Source: an uncultured Pleurocapsa sp.
GTDB lineage: Bacteria; Cyanobacteriota; Cyanobacteriia; Cyanobacteriales; Xenococcaceae
Direction: 5' to 3'
DNA length: 35,204 nucleotides
Assembly: GCA_964468145.1 (NCBI GenBank)
Contig: CAYXWE010000001.1
Span: 1 to 35,204, forward strand
Position 1 is the first letter of the stretch. Every line of letters begins with the position of its first letter. Below, piece after piece: positions 27,825 to 35,204 of this stretch. A model generated the notes under the pieces. The model saw only the letters and a program-made list of their open reading frames with translations, ran no database searches and had not been told where the DNA came from. Both the position numbers and the translations under genes were made by a program.

Positions 27825-27856
27825 TTGACATTTTATTCTCAATTCGAGAACATAAA
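27825..27856 (+). promoter_or_regulatory. Candidate higBA promoter/operator
   Basis: Perfect -35 TTGACA (27825-27830) followed by the inverted repeat TTCTC-AATTC-GAGAA (27836-27850). The -10 box is not clear. Confidence 0.45.
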
Positions 27857-27882
27857 AGAGCAACCAGATAAAGTTAACCAAT

Positions 27883-28182
27883 GTGCGCGTTATTAGTCGT
27901 AAAATTCTTCGCGATTACTGTCAATCCCATTCTGACTCTTGTGATGCTCTCTACGATTGGTATAGAGTTGCCAGTAAAGCTAAATGGCAGAATTTAACTG
28001 AAGTCCAAGCTACCTACAAAACTGCCGAAGCCGTTGGCAACTTCACCGTTTTCAACATCAAAGGCAATCGCTATCGTTTAATCGTCGATATTATTTACGA
28101 GCAGCAAAGAATTTATATCAAGTATGTTTTAACTCATGCCGAATATGACAAAAACAGGTGGAAAAATGACCCTTACTATTAA
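27883..28182 (+). CDS. higB: HigB-family toxin (RelE fold)
   Basis: MRVISRKIL...W..L.EV...AEAVGNFTVFNIKGNRYRLI...IYIKYVLTHAEYDK. Confidence 0.9.
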   Translation: MRVISRKILRDYCQSHSDSCDALYDWYRVASKAKWQNLTEVQATYKTAEAVGNFTVFNIKGNRYRLIVDIIYEQQRIYIKYVLTHAEYDKNRWKNDPYY

Positions 28183-28564
28183 TCCTTCAGACTACGCTCA
28201 ATTATTAGCTAAATATCAACCCAAAGTAATAGAAACCGAGGCAGAAAACGATCTGGCTATAGCTAAAGCACAAGAATTGGAACACAAAGCCAATCGTTCT
28301 CTAGAAGAAGATGCAATCCTCGAATTATTAGTTACCTTAATCGAAAAATTTGAAGACGAAAATTATCCCCTGGACGAAGGAACGCCCCATTCTATGTTGC
28401 TGCATTTAATGGAATCCAACAATCTCAAGCAGGAAAACTTGGTTGGTGTCATCGGTTCGAGAGGTGTAGTCTCGGAAGTAGTTAATGGCAAACGCTCTAT
28501 TAGTAAAGCTCAAGCAAAAGCTCTCGCTAAATTTTTCTCAGTTGATGTGGGATTGTTTATTTAA
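28166..28564 (+). CDS. higA: HigA-family antitoxin, Xre HTH
   Basis: LLVTLIEKFE...LKQENLVGVIGSRGVVSEVVNGKRSISKAQAKALAKFF; ATG 28166 follows AGGTGG and overlaps higB. Confidence 0.88.
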   Translation: MTLTINPSDYAQLLAKYQPKVIETEAENDLAIAKAQELEHKANRSLEEDAILELLVTLIEKFEDENYPLDEGTPHSMLLHLMESNNLKQENLVGVIGSRGVVSEVVNGKRSISKAQAKALAKFFSVDVGLFI

Positions 28565-28680
28565 AGTCGCTAACAATATGTAGTTAAACTAATAATTATA
28601 GACTTAATAGTAAGGATAAATGAATGAAAATAAAACAGCTTAAATATTCAAGAAAATAAATTAGTAGTAAGGAGAAGAAC

Positions 28681-29058
28681 ATGAAAGCAACTATTGAATT
28701 ACCTACGGGGAAAATTATCGACTTAAATCGGTTTGTCGCTTTAATCCCCGATAAAAACCACGAAAATGAGAGATATTTATTGCTATTAGAAGGCTACCCT
28801 CAACCTCTTAATATCGACTCAAAGGAAATAACTATCCTCAAACAACATCTACAATTACAGTCATCTCAAAACGTCAACGGTAGCTGGGATAGAGAAGAAC
28901 AAATACGCCTCAATCAACCCAAACTGAAGAAACTTCGAGAAATAATCGAACGAAAAAAACAAGAACAGCCATCAGCAGAAAAAGCAGCTTTTTTTGAAAG
29001 TTTTAAGAAAACTATGGATGCATCTAGACCAGTAGGAAGAAAATTATACGAACAATAG
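28681..29058 (+). CDS. Hypothetical protein, probable antitoxin of a broken PIN TA pair
   Basis: AGGAG RBS; the stop codon abuts the ATG of a PIN-like stub. Confidence 0.6.
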   Translation: MKATIELPTGKIIDLNRFVALIPDKNHENERYLLLLEGYPQPLNIDSKEITILKQHLQLQSSQNVNGSWDREEQIRLNQPKLKKLREIIERKKQEQPSAEKAAFFESFKKTMDASRPVGRKLYEQ

Positions 29059-29118
29059 ATGATAGTATTTATTGACTCTGGAATATTAGGCAAACTCTGT
29101 AATCCCAATCTAACCTAA
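29059..29118 (+). pseudogene. Truncated PIN/VapC-like toxin remnant (19 aa)
   Basis: MIVFIDSGILGKLCNPNLT-stop resembles the first strand and catalytic Asp of cyanobacterial PIN toxins. Confidence 0.55.
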
Positions 29119-29170
29119 CGAGTTAGAATTAAAATAGGTGGCAAACTATAGCAATTCTCGCAAGATAACC

Positions 29171-29419
29171 ATGTCAGAAGTCAGTAAAGACGCCAAACCA
29201 AATGCTCTCAACTCATCTGCAACCTTAGAGAAAGGATTTTTTGACCTGAGGAGCGATGAAATGGAACGCTTAGCTCAAATTGCCGTGTCGCAAGCCGTCG
29301 AGCGAATGCACTCCCAAGGAATTGCCACTATTACTTCTGTCGATGGCAAAATGTACAAACAATATCCCGATGGGCAACTAGAGCCATATTCGGTGGATTT
29401 AAACCAGGTAGCTAAATAG
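29171..29419 (+). CDS. Small hypothetical protein, putative partner/antitoxin of the downstream ATPase
   Basis: AVSQAVERMHSQGIA...DGKMYKQYPDG resembles small genes found beside zeta-like ATPases. ATG 29171 is preferred; the track uses GTG 29138. Confidence 0.55.
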   Translation: MSEVSKDAKPNALNSSATLEKGFFDLRSDEMERLAQIAVSQAVERMHSQGIATITSVDGKMYKQYPDGQLEPYSVDLNQVAK

Positions 29420-29433
29420 CTAGATATTGCGAA

Positions 29434-30255
29434 GTGTTAGCTCCCCGTCTGGTAATGTTCGCAGGTCCCAATGGTTCGGGAAAGTCTACCATCACGCCAA
29501 TTTTTCAAGAGATCGCTGATTTTCCTGCCAACTATATCAATCCCGATGAAATTGCCCTTTCTCTGGGCGGTAACATTATGGAACGCGCCTACGAAGCATC
29601 TGCCATTGCAGCAAATCGCCGACAGGAATGTATCGAAAGGGGAGAGTCCTTTGCTTTTGAAACTGTAATGAGTCATCCCAGTAAATTAGCTTTATTATCC
29701 AAAGCCAAGAAAGCTGGTTTTGAAATTACTGTAGTTTTTATTAGCACCCTCAATCCCGAATACAATGTGGGACGAGTTCGACAGCGAGTAGTTGAAGGGG
29801 GTCACGATGTTCCTACCGACAAAATTGTGGCTCGTTACTATCGCACTCACTCTTTCTTACCCAAAGCTGCGGAAATTGCCCAGCGCACCTATATTTTCGA
29901 TAACACCGTAACTCCACAATTGGGAGCAGTTATCGCAAACGGCGAGATAGTCCAACAAAATGACGACTCTCCTCAATGGATTGAGGATACTCTTAAGGGA
30001 TTGGGCGCTCGCAGTAGGGAAAGAAATTTTCTGAGAGCGCAGTTTTCCCAAAAGACTTTATTACCAACCAATATTAACGAAGCTCGATACACTGGAACAA
30101 TCGAATTGGTTGGCGAACATTACGTCGTTCAGCAAGTATCAACGACCGAAATAGTTTTACACGATCTCTGTTTAATCGATCTAGATTTGCTCGTATCTCA
30201 AATCGTCAGCATCGCATATCAAGATGGAGTTAGCAGTTTTGTAATAACAGAATGA
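29434..30255 (+). CDS. Zeta-toxin-like P-loop kinase/ATPase with a C-terminal KfrB-like domain
   Basis: FAGPNGSGKST, INPDEI, SFAFETV, RVRQRVVEGGHDVP..I..RY and IFDN; tail YTGTI...HYVVQQV...IVLHD. Confidence 0.8.
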   Translation: MLAPRLVMFAGPNGSGKSTITPIFQEIADFPANYINPDEIALSLGGNIMERAYEASAIAANRRQECIERGESFAFETVMSHPSKLALLSKAKKAGFEITVVFISTLNPEYNVGRVRQRVVEGGHDVPTDKIVARYYRTHSFLPKAAEIAQRTYIFDNTVTPQLGAVIANGEIVQQNDDSPQWIEDTLKGLGARSRERNFLRAQFSQKTLLPTNINEARYTGTIELVGEHYVVQQVSTTEIVLHDLCLIDLDLLVSQIVSIAYQDGVSSFVITE

Positions 30256-30346
30256 TAAGTTTTTAAATATTAAGAATCTTTAATAAACGCATAAAAACAC
30301 GATCTATTTGCAGAGTTATTAGTAACAGAGAGAAAAAAAATGTTCC

Positions 30347-31369
30347 ATGACTATTCTTTTTGCGACTAATCGAGTTTTCAATGAAGGTCCCACTCCTAGA
30401 TTGCCAGATGGTACTCTGAAAATTCCGCGTCAGGTGAGTTTCAATTTAAATAACAATCAAGCCGAACAGTCAATCTATTTTTGCGAACGAACGTCACAGG
30501 ATAACTATCGAGAAATCGGTCATCGAGAATTTTTCCAACAGCTAGATGAAGTAGAAGCCACCGAAATTTTATTTTATATTCATGGCTATTCTAGCTTGCC
30601 CGAACAAGCTGTCTTCCCCCGAACTAAGGAACTTCAGCAACTCTTCGGTCTATCAGATAGTAAGAAGGTTTTAGTCGTGCCTTTAATTTGGCCCTGCGAC
30701 AACGATCTGGGATTTATTAAAGATTATTTTGACGACCAAAAAGCAGCCGATGCTAGCGATATGTCTTTTATGCGATTTTTTGAAATGTTCTTTCGCTGGC
30801 TGCAACAGAGATTGACACCCTCCAACCCGCCTTTCAATAAAAAACTACATATCTTGACTCAATCCATGGGAGCGAGAGTCTTAGCAGGAGCGACAAGCCG
30901 TGCGGTAGATTATTATCAACTCAATGGATTTCCGCAAATTTTCAACAATATATTTCTGGCTGCACCCGATATAGTTAATGAAGCACTCGAACCGAATAAA
31001 CGGGGTCAATGGATTCCCGTAGCAGCTAATAATGTTGTTGTTTATCATGCTTCGGATGATTGGGCGTTACGTACTAGCATTGCAGCCAATGTGTTTAATA
31101 TTATCGCGTCTCGCCGTTTGGGTCAGAGAGGGCCAGAAGATATGAATAAAGTTCCCCGCAATGTTTTCGCTCTCGACTGTAGCGGTTTTAATAGTACTTA
31201 CGATACTGTGATAGGTCATCGCTATTTTGGTAGTTTACCTGGTGCAACTGGACAGAAACCAGGACTGCTTTTCGAGCATATGCAGTTATGTATCGAGCAA
31301 GAAAAAGTAATTATTCCTTCTGGTCAAAGAAGAGCTATTCTCAATCGGGAACTTTTAGATAATAATTGA
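30347..31369 (+). CDS. DUF900-type alpha/beta hydrolase
   Basis: LFATNR, FYIHGY, LIWP, nucleophile elbow TQSMG, LAAPDI, D.AL..S, RLG and C-terminal HRYF. Confidence 0.85.
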   Translation: MTILFATNRVFNEGPTPRLPDGTLKIPRQVSFNLNNNQAEQSIYFCERTSQDNYREIGHREFFQQLDEVEATEILFYIHGYSSLPEQAVFPRTKELQQLFGLSDSKKVLVVPLIWPCDNDLGFIKDYFDDQKAADASDMSFMRFFEMFFRWLQQRLTPSNPPFNKKLHILTQSMGARVLAGATSRAVDYYQLNGFPQIFNNIFLAAPDIVNEALEPNKRGQWIPVAANNVVVYHASDDWALRTSIAANVFNIIASRRLGQRGPEDMNKVPRNVFALDCSGFNSTYDTVIGHRYFGSLPGATGQKPGLLFEHMQLCIEQEKVIIPSGQRRAILNRELLDNN

Positions 31370-31551
31370 GGTCAAAAAATCTTGTTTGACTCAATTGCTC
31401 GATTCAACAAAAAAAATTAATTGATTTTACCTGCATTTTTATTAATCCAAAATATAGCCATCAAAAGTAATAACCATCTACTTTTCTGGTAAATTAGCCC
31501 AATATTTAATTATATTGCGCCAATAACAAAAAATATTTTTTTTATTTAATC

Positions 31552-32745
31552 ATGAAATATGACATTATGCTTCAAGGATTTCATTGGAAATCCCACGAAC
31601 AAAATTGGTATCAAATCATTCAACAAAATGCCCAGAGAATCAAAGATTCGGGATTTACTCTAGTTTGGTTTCCCCCTCCATCAGATTGTGCTGATTACGA
31701 AGGATATTTACCCAGAGAATTATACAAACTTGACAGTAACTATGGAACTGCTGCGGAGCTTAAAACTACTATTGATACTCTAAAACCCGAAGTTAAGGCA
31801 ATCGCAGATATAGTCATCAATCATCGCGTTGGTAGTAGAGACTTTGCAGATTTTAAAAATCCGACTTGGAGTACTTATTCTATTGTCAGTAATGATGAGT
31901 ATCAAGGGCTTAAATCTTTTCACTGGGATTCTGGGGAGTCCTATCATGCGGGGAGAGATCTCGACCATCGCAACCCCGAAGTATCCAATAGCCTAATCGA
32001 TTGGATGAATTATCTTAAAGAGCCGAGCAAAGCTGGTTTTGTGGGTTGGAGATACGATCTTGTTAAAGGCTATGCTGGTTGGGCTACGGAGCTATATAAC
32101 AGAAATACAAGTCCCGAATTTACTGTAGGAGAATTTTTTGATGGCGATGTCCAAAAAGTCATAAATTGGATTGATTCGACTCATCCAAATCCAGCATTTC
32201 GCTCTACAGCATTTGACTTTCCTCTTAGGGATGCCTTGTATCAAGCAGTAGCTTGGAAGAATTTCCATTACCTCAAGTACGGCGACCGTGCAGCAGGATT
32301 AATTGGTTTGTGGTCTGATAAAGCTGTAACCTTTCTGGAAAATCACGATACAGAGGAAGTAAGAAATGGAGAGAATGGTGTTCCTTACTTTCCTGGTGGG
32401 GAGCAAATGGTTCAAGGTTATGCCTATTTGTTGACTCATCCTGGAATTCCTTGTGTCTTTTGGCGAGATATCTATGATTCTGGAGAGTTCTATGAAAAAC
32501 AGATTAGACAACTGATTGAAATTCGCCAGCAATATGGAATTCACTCCGAAAGCAAGCTTTATATAGCTACTGCTCGACAAGGTTTGGTTTATGCAGCTTA
32601 TATTCAAGGCGATAGAGGTGAAGTAGCTATGAAAATTGGTCCTGGTAGCTGGCAACCAGAGGGAAGTAAATGGCTCCCAGGAATGGATTTAATTCTTTCT
32701 GGACAAGATTATGCTGTCTGGGGTGAAAGAGGCAAATTTTGGTAA
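31552..32745 (+). CDS. Alpha-amylase, GH13, plant-like short form
   Basis: LQGFHW, GYLP, region I DIVINHR, region II GWRYDLVKGY, region III VGEFF, region IV FLENHDT, and C-terminal MKIGPG...GQDYAVW. Confidence 0.92.
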   Translation: MKYDIMLQGFHWKSHEQNWYQIIQQNAQRIKDSGFTLVWFPPPSDCADYEGYLPRELYKLDSNYGTAAELKTTIDTLKPEVKAIADIVINHRVGSRDFADFKNPTWSTYSIVSNDEYQGLKSFHWDSGESYHAGRDLDHRNPEVSNSLIDWMNYLKEPSKAGFVGWRYDLVKGYAGWATELYNRNTSPEFTVGEFFDGDVQKVINWIDSTHPNPAFRSTAFDFPLRDALYQAVAWKNFHYLKYGDRAAGLIGLWSDKAVTFLENHDTEEVRNGENGVPYFPGGEQMVQGYAYLLTHPGIPCVFWRDIYDSGEFYEKQIRQLIEIRQQYGIHSESKLYIATARQGLVYAAYIQGDRGEVAMKIGPGSWQPEGSKWLPGMDLILSGQDYAVWGERGKFW

Positions 32746-32887
32746 GAGTTTGTCACGAATTTTGGGCTTTTCAAATTATTCAATATCGGTTTCTGAAAAA
32801 GTACAGTTGGCAAAATACTCAATTTGAACTTTTTCAGCAAAAATTGACGATTTAATTCAATTAAAAAATTAAGATAATCAGATTATC

Positions 32888-34768
32888 ATGAACGAACGCA
32901 GACAAGAATCCTACGCTATTCGTCTTGAAGCAGCAGAACTCGCGAGAAGTCGCAATCATCCAGAGCATAAAGCTAACGGGGAAGAGCAAAGATATGCTGG
33001 AGATAGATATTTCATGTCCTTTACTAAAGGGCTACCTCATAACCAAGATACGGGGTTACTTGAAGACCCCCAGGATTTTGTGGAATTTCGGCGGGCGATA
33101 GATGAAGGTTTTATCGACCCTTTTACAGATCGGGTAAATCATGGTGCAAAAACTGTAACCCCAACTCCCAATGATTTTCGCCAGTGGGAAGCTCCCACCG
33201 CAGGAGTGGCTTTTGAATTACAAGGGCCAGATCCTCAAGCCGTTACCATGCCTCCCGCACCACCATTGATAGATGCTGATGGTAAGGTAAATCAAGAGCT
33301 AGTTTTGGAAATGGCTGAAGTTTACGAACTGGCTATTTTAAGAGATGTTCCTCTCAATGATTTGGAAGCAGGTTCGGGAAGTGCTGCCATTAATGCTTCA
33401 ATCGCTCGCCTCAATGCTCTCCCCTATATTGGCAATCAAACAGGAAGACCCCGTAAAGTAGATGCTGGAGGAAACTTAGATTTACAGACGGTGTTTCGTG
33501 GTTCTTCTCCAGGGGTAGAGATTGGCCCTTATCTTTCTCAGTTTTTGTTGATTGGTAATAACGACCTCAATGGTGCTGGTGGTGTTGACGAAGGCAAAAT
33601 TACCTATGGTGTCCTGCAAATAGATCAAAAAGTTCCTATTGCCGAACCGAGAAAAGATTACATGACCGCCATGTCTGAATATGTTGAGGTTCAAAATGGT
33701 ATTAAACCAGCAGGTGAAACCTATGGTGCAACCAATGGAAATCCTGTGGTGACTCCAGCACGTCCTCCCCGTCGCTTTATCTCTACTCCCCGCGATTTAG
33801 CAACTTACGTTCACTACGATGCTCTTTACGAAGCCTATTTGAATGCCTGCATAATTCTGTTGGGGATGGGAACTCCCTTCGATCCTGCTTTCGACCATCT
33901 TTCTGGTGGTGGAGTAGCAGCAGGTAATGCTAACACTCGCCGTCATGCTGGTGGTTTTGCCCTTTATGGTGGCCCACATATTCTTAATTTAGTAACTGAA
34001 GTTGCTACCAGAGCCTTAAAAGCAGTCCGCTTTCAAAAGTTCAACAATCATATTCGCTTGCGTCCAGAAGCATTAGCTGCAAGGATAGAGCTTGCTCGAA
34101 ACTTCGGTAATTTATCACCTAATATCCAACAGACGATTCCTAATGCCTTCCAAAAGAAATATGATGCCAGTGGCAATATCCTTTTTAAAGGAGAAGTAGT
34201 AGAACTACAAGAAGCCTTAGAAGCAAATAATGGTAATGGAACTCTAAATGCGCTCAATACTACTAACTATCTTTTACCTATGGCTTTCCCAGAAGGCTCG
34301 CCCATGCACCCAGCTTATGGTGCGGGACACGCTACTGTTGCAGGAGCTTGTGTCACTATTCTCAAAGCTTTTTTTGATACCAGTGCGGTATTGGTTGGTG
34401 ATACTAACAATCCTTCCCAGGCTACGTTTAAACGTTTTGCACCTGGAGATACAGCAATAGCATTTCGCGCTCCTGATTTACCTAACCCAGGTATGGGCGA
34501 AGGTGTCCCTACTGGCAATCTCGTTCCCTACACTCCCAATCAGTTTTTAACTCTTGAAGGTGAGTTAAATAAACTAGCTGCTAATATTTCCATTGGTCGT
34601 AATATGGCTGGAGTGCATTACTTTAGCGACTACTATGACAGTCTTCGTATGGGTGAAGAAATTGCCATTGGTATTCTACAAGAACAGGCATTAACCTATT
34701 CTACCGACCCTTTTGTGCTTTCTGTGCCAACATTTGATGGTGATGTAGTAAGGATTGGTCGCCGATGA
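32888..34768 (+). CDS. Vanadium-dependent haloperoxidase
   Basis: Vanadate-site motifs RFQKFNNHIRLRPE, SPMHPAYGAGHA and GRNMAGVHYFSD; also FTKGLPH, GPYLSQFL and ELNKLAANI. Confidence 0.92.
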   Translation: MNERRQESYAIRLEAAELARSRNHPEHKANGEEQRYAGDRYFMSFTKGLPHNQDTGLLEDPQDFVEFRRAIDEGFIDPFTDRVNHGAKTVTPTPNDFRQWEAPTAGVAFELQGPDPQAVTMPPAPPLIDADGKVNQELVLEMAEVYELAILRDVPLNDLEAGSGSAAINASIARLNALPYIGNQTGRPRKVDAGGNLDLQTVFRGSSPGVEIGPYLSQFLLIGNNDLNGAGGVDEGKITYGVLQIDQKVPIAEPRKDYMTAMSEYVEVQNGIKPAGETYGATNGNPVVTPARPPRRFISTPRDLATYVHYDALYEAYLNACIILLGMGTPFDPAFDHLSGGGVAAGNANTRRHAGGFALYGGPHILNLVTEVATRALKAVRFQKFNNHIRLRPEALAARIELARNFGNLSPNIQQTIPNAFQKKYDASGNILFKGEVVELQEALEANNGNGTLNALNTTNYLLPMAFPEGSPMHPAYGAGHATVAGACVTILKAFFDTSAVLVGDTNNPSQATFKRFAPGDTAIAFRAPDLPNPGMGEGVPTGNLVPYTPNQFLTLEGELNKLAANISIGRNMAGVHYFSDYYDSLRMGEEIAIGILQEQALTYSTDPFVLSVPTFDGDVVRIGRR

Positions 34769-35043
34769 ATCGTTTTCCACGTCGTACTGTGAGAGTACAG
34801 CCTCCTCTACGGGGGCGGTTAGCTGCTGTTGCTTCTCCCAAACAAAGGCAAAAATACTCCGAACCTGTGGTGAGCCAACGTCCCTTGGTTTCTAAGAGCT
34901 ATCCAAAAAGTATTGTCCGAGAATCGCCTTCTTCCATATCGGACAATAGCAATTCAGATGACTTGGGCAAATATCTAATTGCCTGGGTTGTACTTTTTTT
35001 ATTACTTTTTGCGATCTCTTTGTGGCTGCTTCGTATATATTAA
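34765..35043 (+). CDS. Small protein with a C-terminal TM helix
   Basis: ATGA overlap with the haloperoxidase stop; hydrophobic C-terminus YLIAWVVLFLLLFAISLWLL. Confidence 0.5.
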   Translation: MNRFPRRTVRVQPPLRGRLAAVASPKQRQKYSEPVVSQRPLVSKSYPKSIVRESPSSISDNSNSDDLGKYLIAWVVLFLLLFAISLWLLRIY

Positions 35044-35204
35044 TCTCAGAATTTCGCCAATTCAAAAATACGAAAATTTAAAAACTTAGAATTCTTACAA
35101 TTCGCCAAGCTGAAAATACGAATTAGTGAAAATCTAGAAATCTCAGAAATTCGCCAATTCAAAAATACGAAAATTTAAAAACTTAGAATTCTTACAATTC
35201 GCCA
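35042..35204. repeat. Tandem repeat, 97-bp unit made of ~48-bp halves and ~8-bp subunits; runs off the window end
   Basis: 35042-35107 and 35139-35204 differ at 1 of 66 positions; TTCGCCA recurs about every 48-49 bp. Confidence 0.9.

Noticed and set aside
1729-34518. Short antisense or nested ORFs in the track (e.g. 1729-2055, 8284-8478, 13402-13620, 20475-20840, 32299-32655)
   Set aside because: They are shadows of long, motif-bearing genes; the similarity of 8284 and 13402 merely reflects the ATPase duplication.
35042-35204. CRISPR array
   Set aside because: The intervening sequences repeat rather than being unique spacers, and there are no cas genes.

Overview
AT-rich accessory DNA that looks cyanobacterial and is probably from a plasmid or genomic island (inferred from gene families and repeats). 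Block 1 (227-21108) has nine co-oriented genes. They encode a STAND/AAA_35-TM-WD40 protein, a 4-TM protein, a divergent tubulin/FtsZ-like GTPase, a large actin/Hsp70-fold ATPase, and an N-truncated second ATPase copy with degenerate nucleotide-binding motifs. The rest are five coiled-coil proteins carrying six copies of one unnamed ~118-aa domain, fused to Zn-ribbon, lipoprotein/TM, PPC or WD40 modules. This is the best candidate for an undescribed system. Block 2 (21249-27780) is a tyrosine recombinase with a candidate 11-6-11 crossover site, and 21 bp away a cargo-less Tn7-like element (tnsA, tnsB, frameshifted tnsC, tniQ lacking a canonical start) with perfect 24-bp terminal inverted repeats. 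Block 3 (27883-30255) is a toxin-antitoxin cluster: higBA, an orphan antitoxin plus PIN stub, and a small gene plus a zeta-like ATPase with a KfrB-like tail. Block 4 (30347-35204) has a DUF900 hydrolase, a GH13 alpha-amylase, a vanadium haloperoxidase, a small membrane protein and a tandem repeat with ~8-bp periodicity running off the window end. No rRNA, tRNA or CRISPR array was seen. All calls come from reading motifs by eye; no database search was run.
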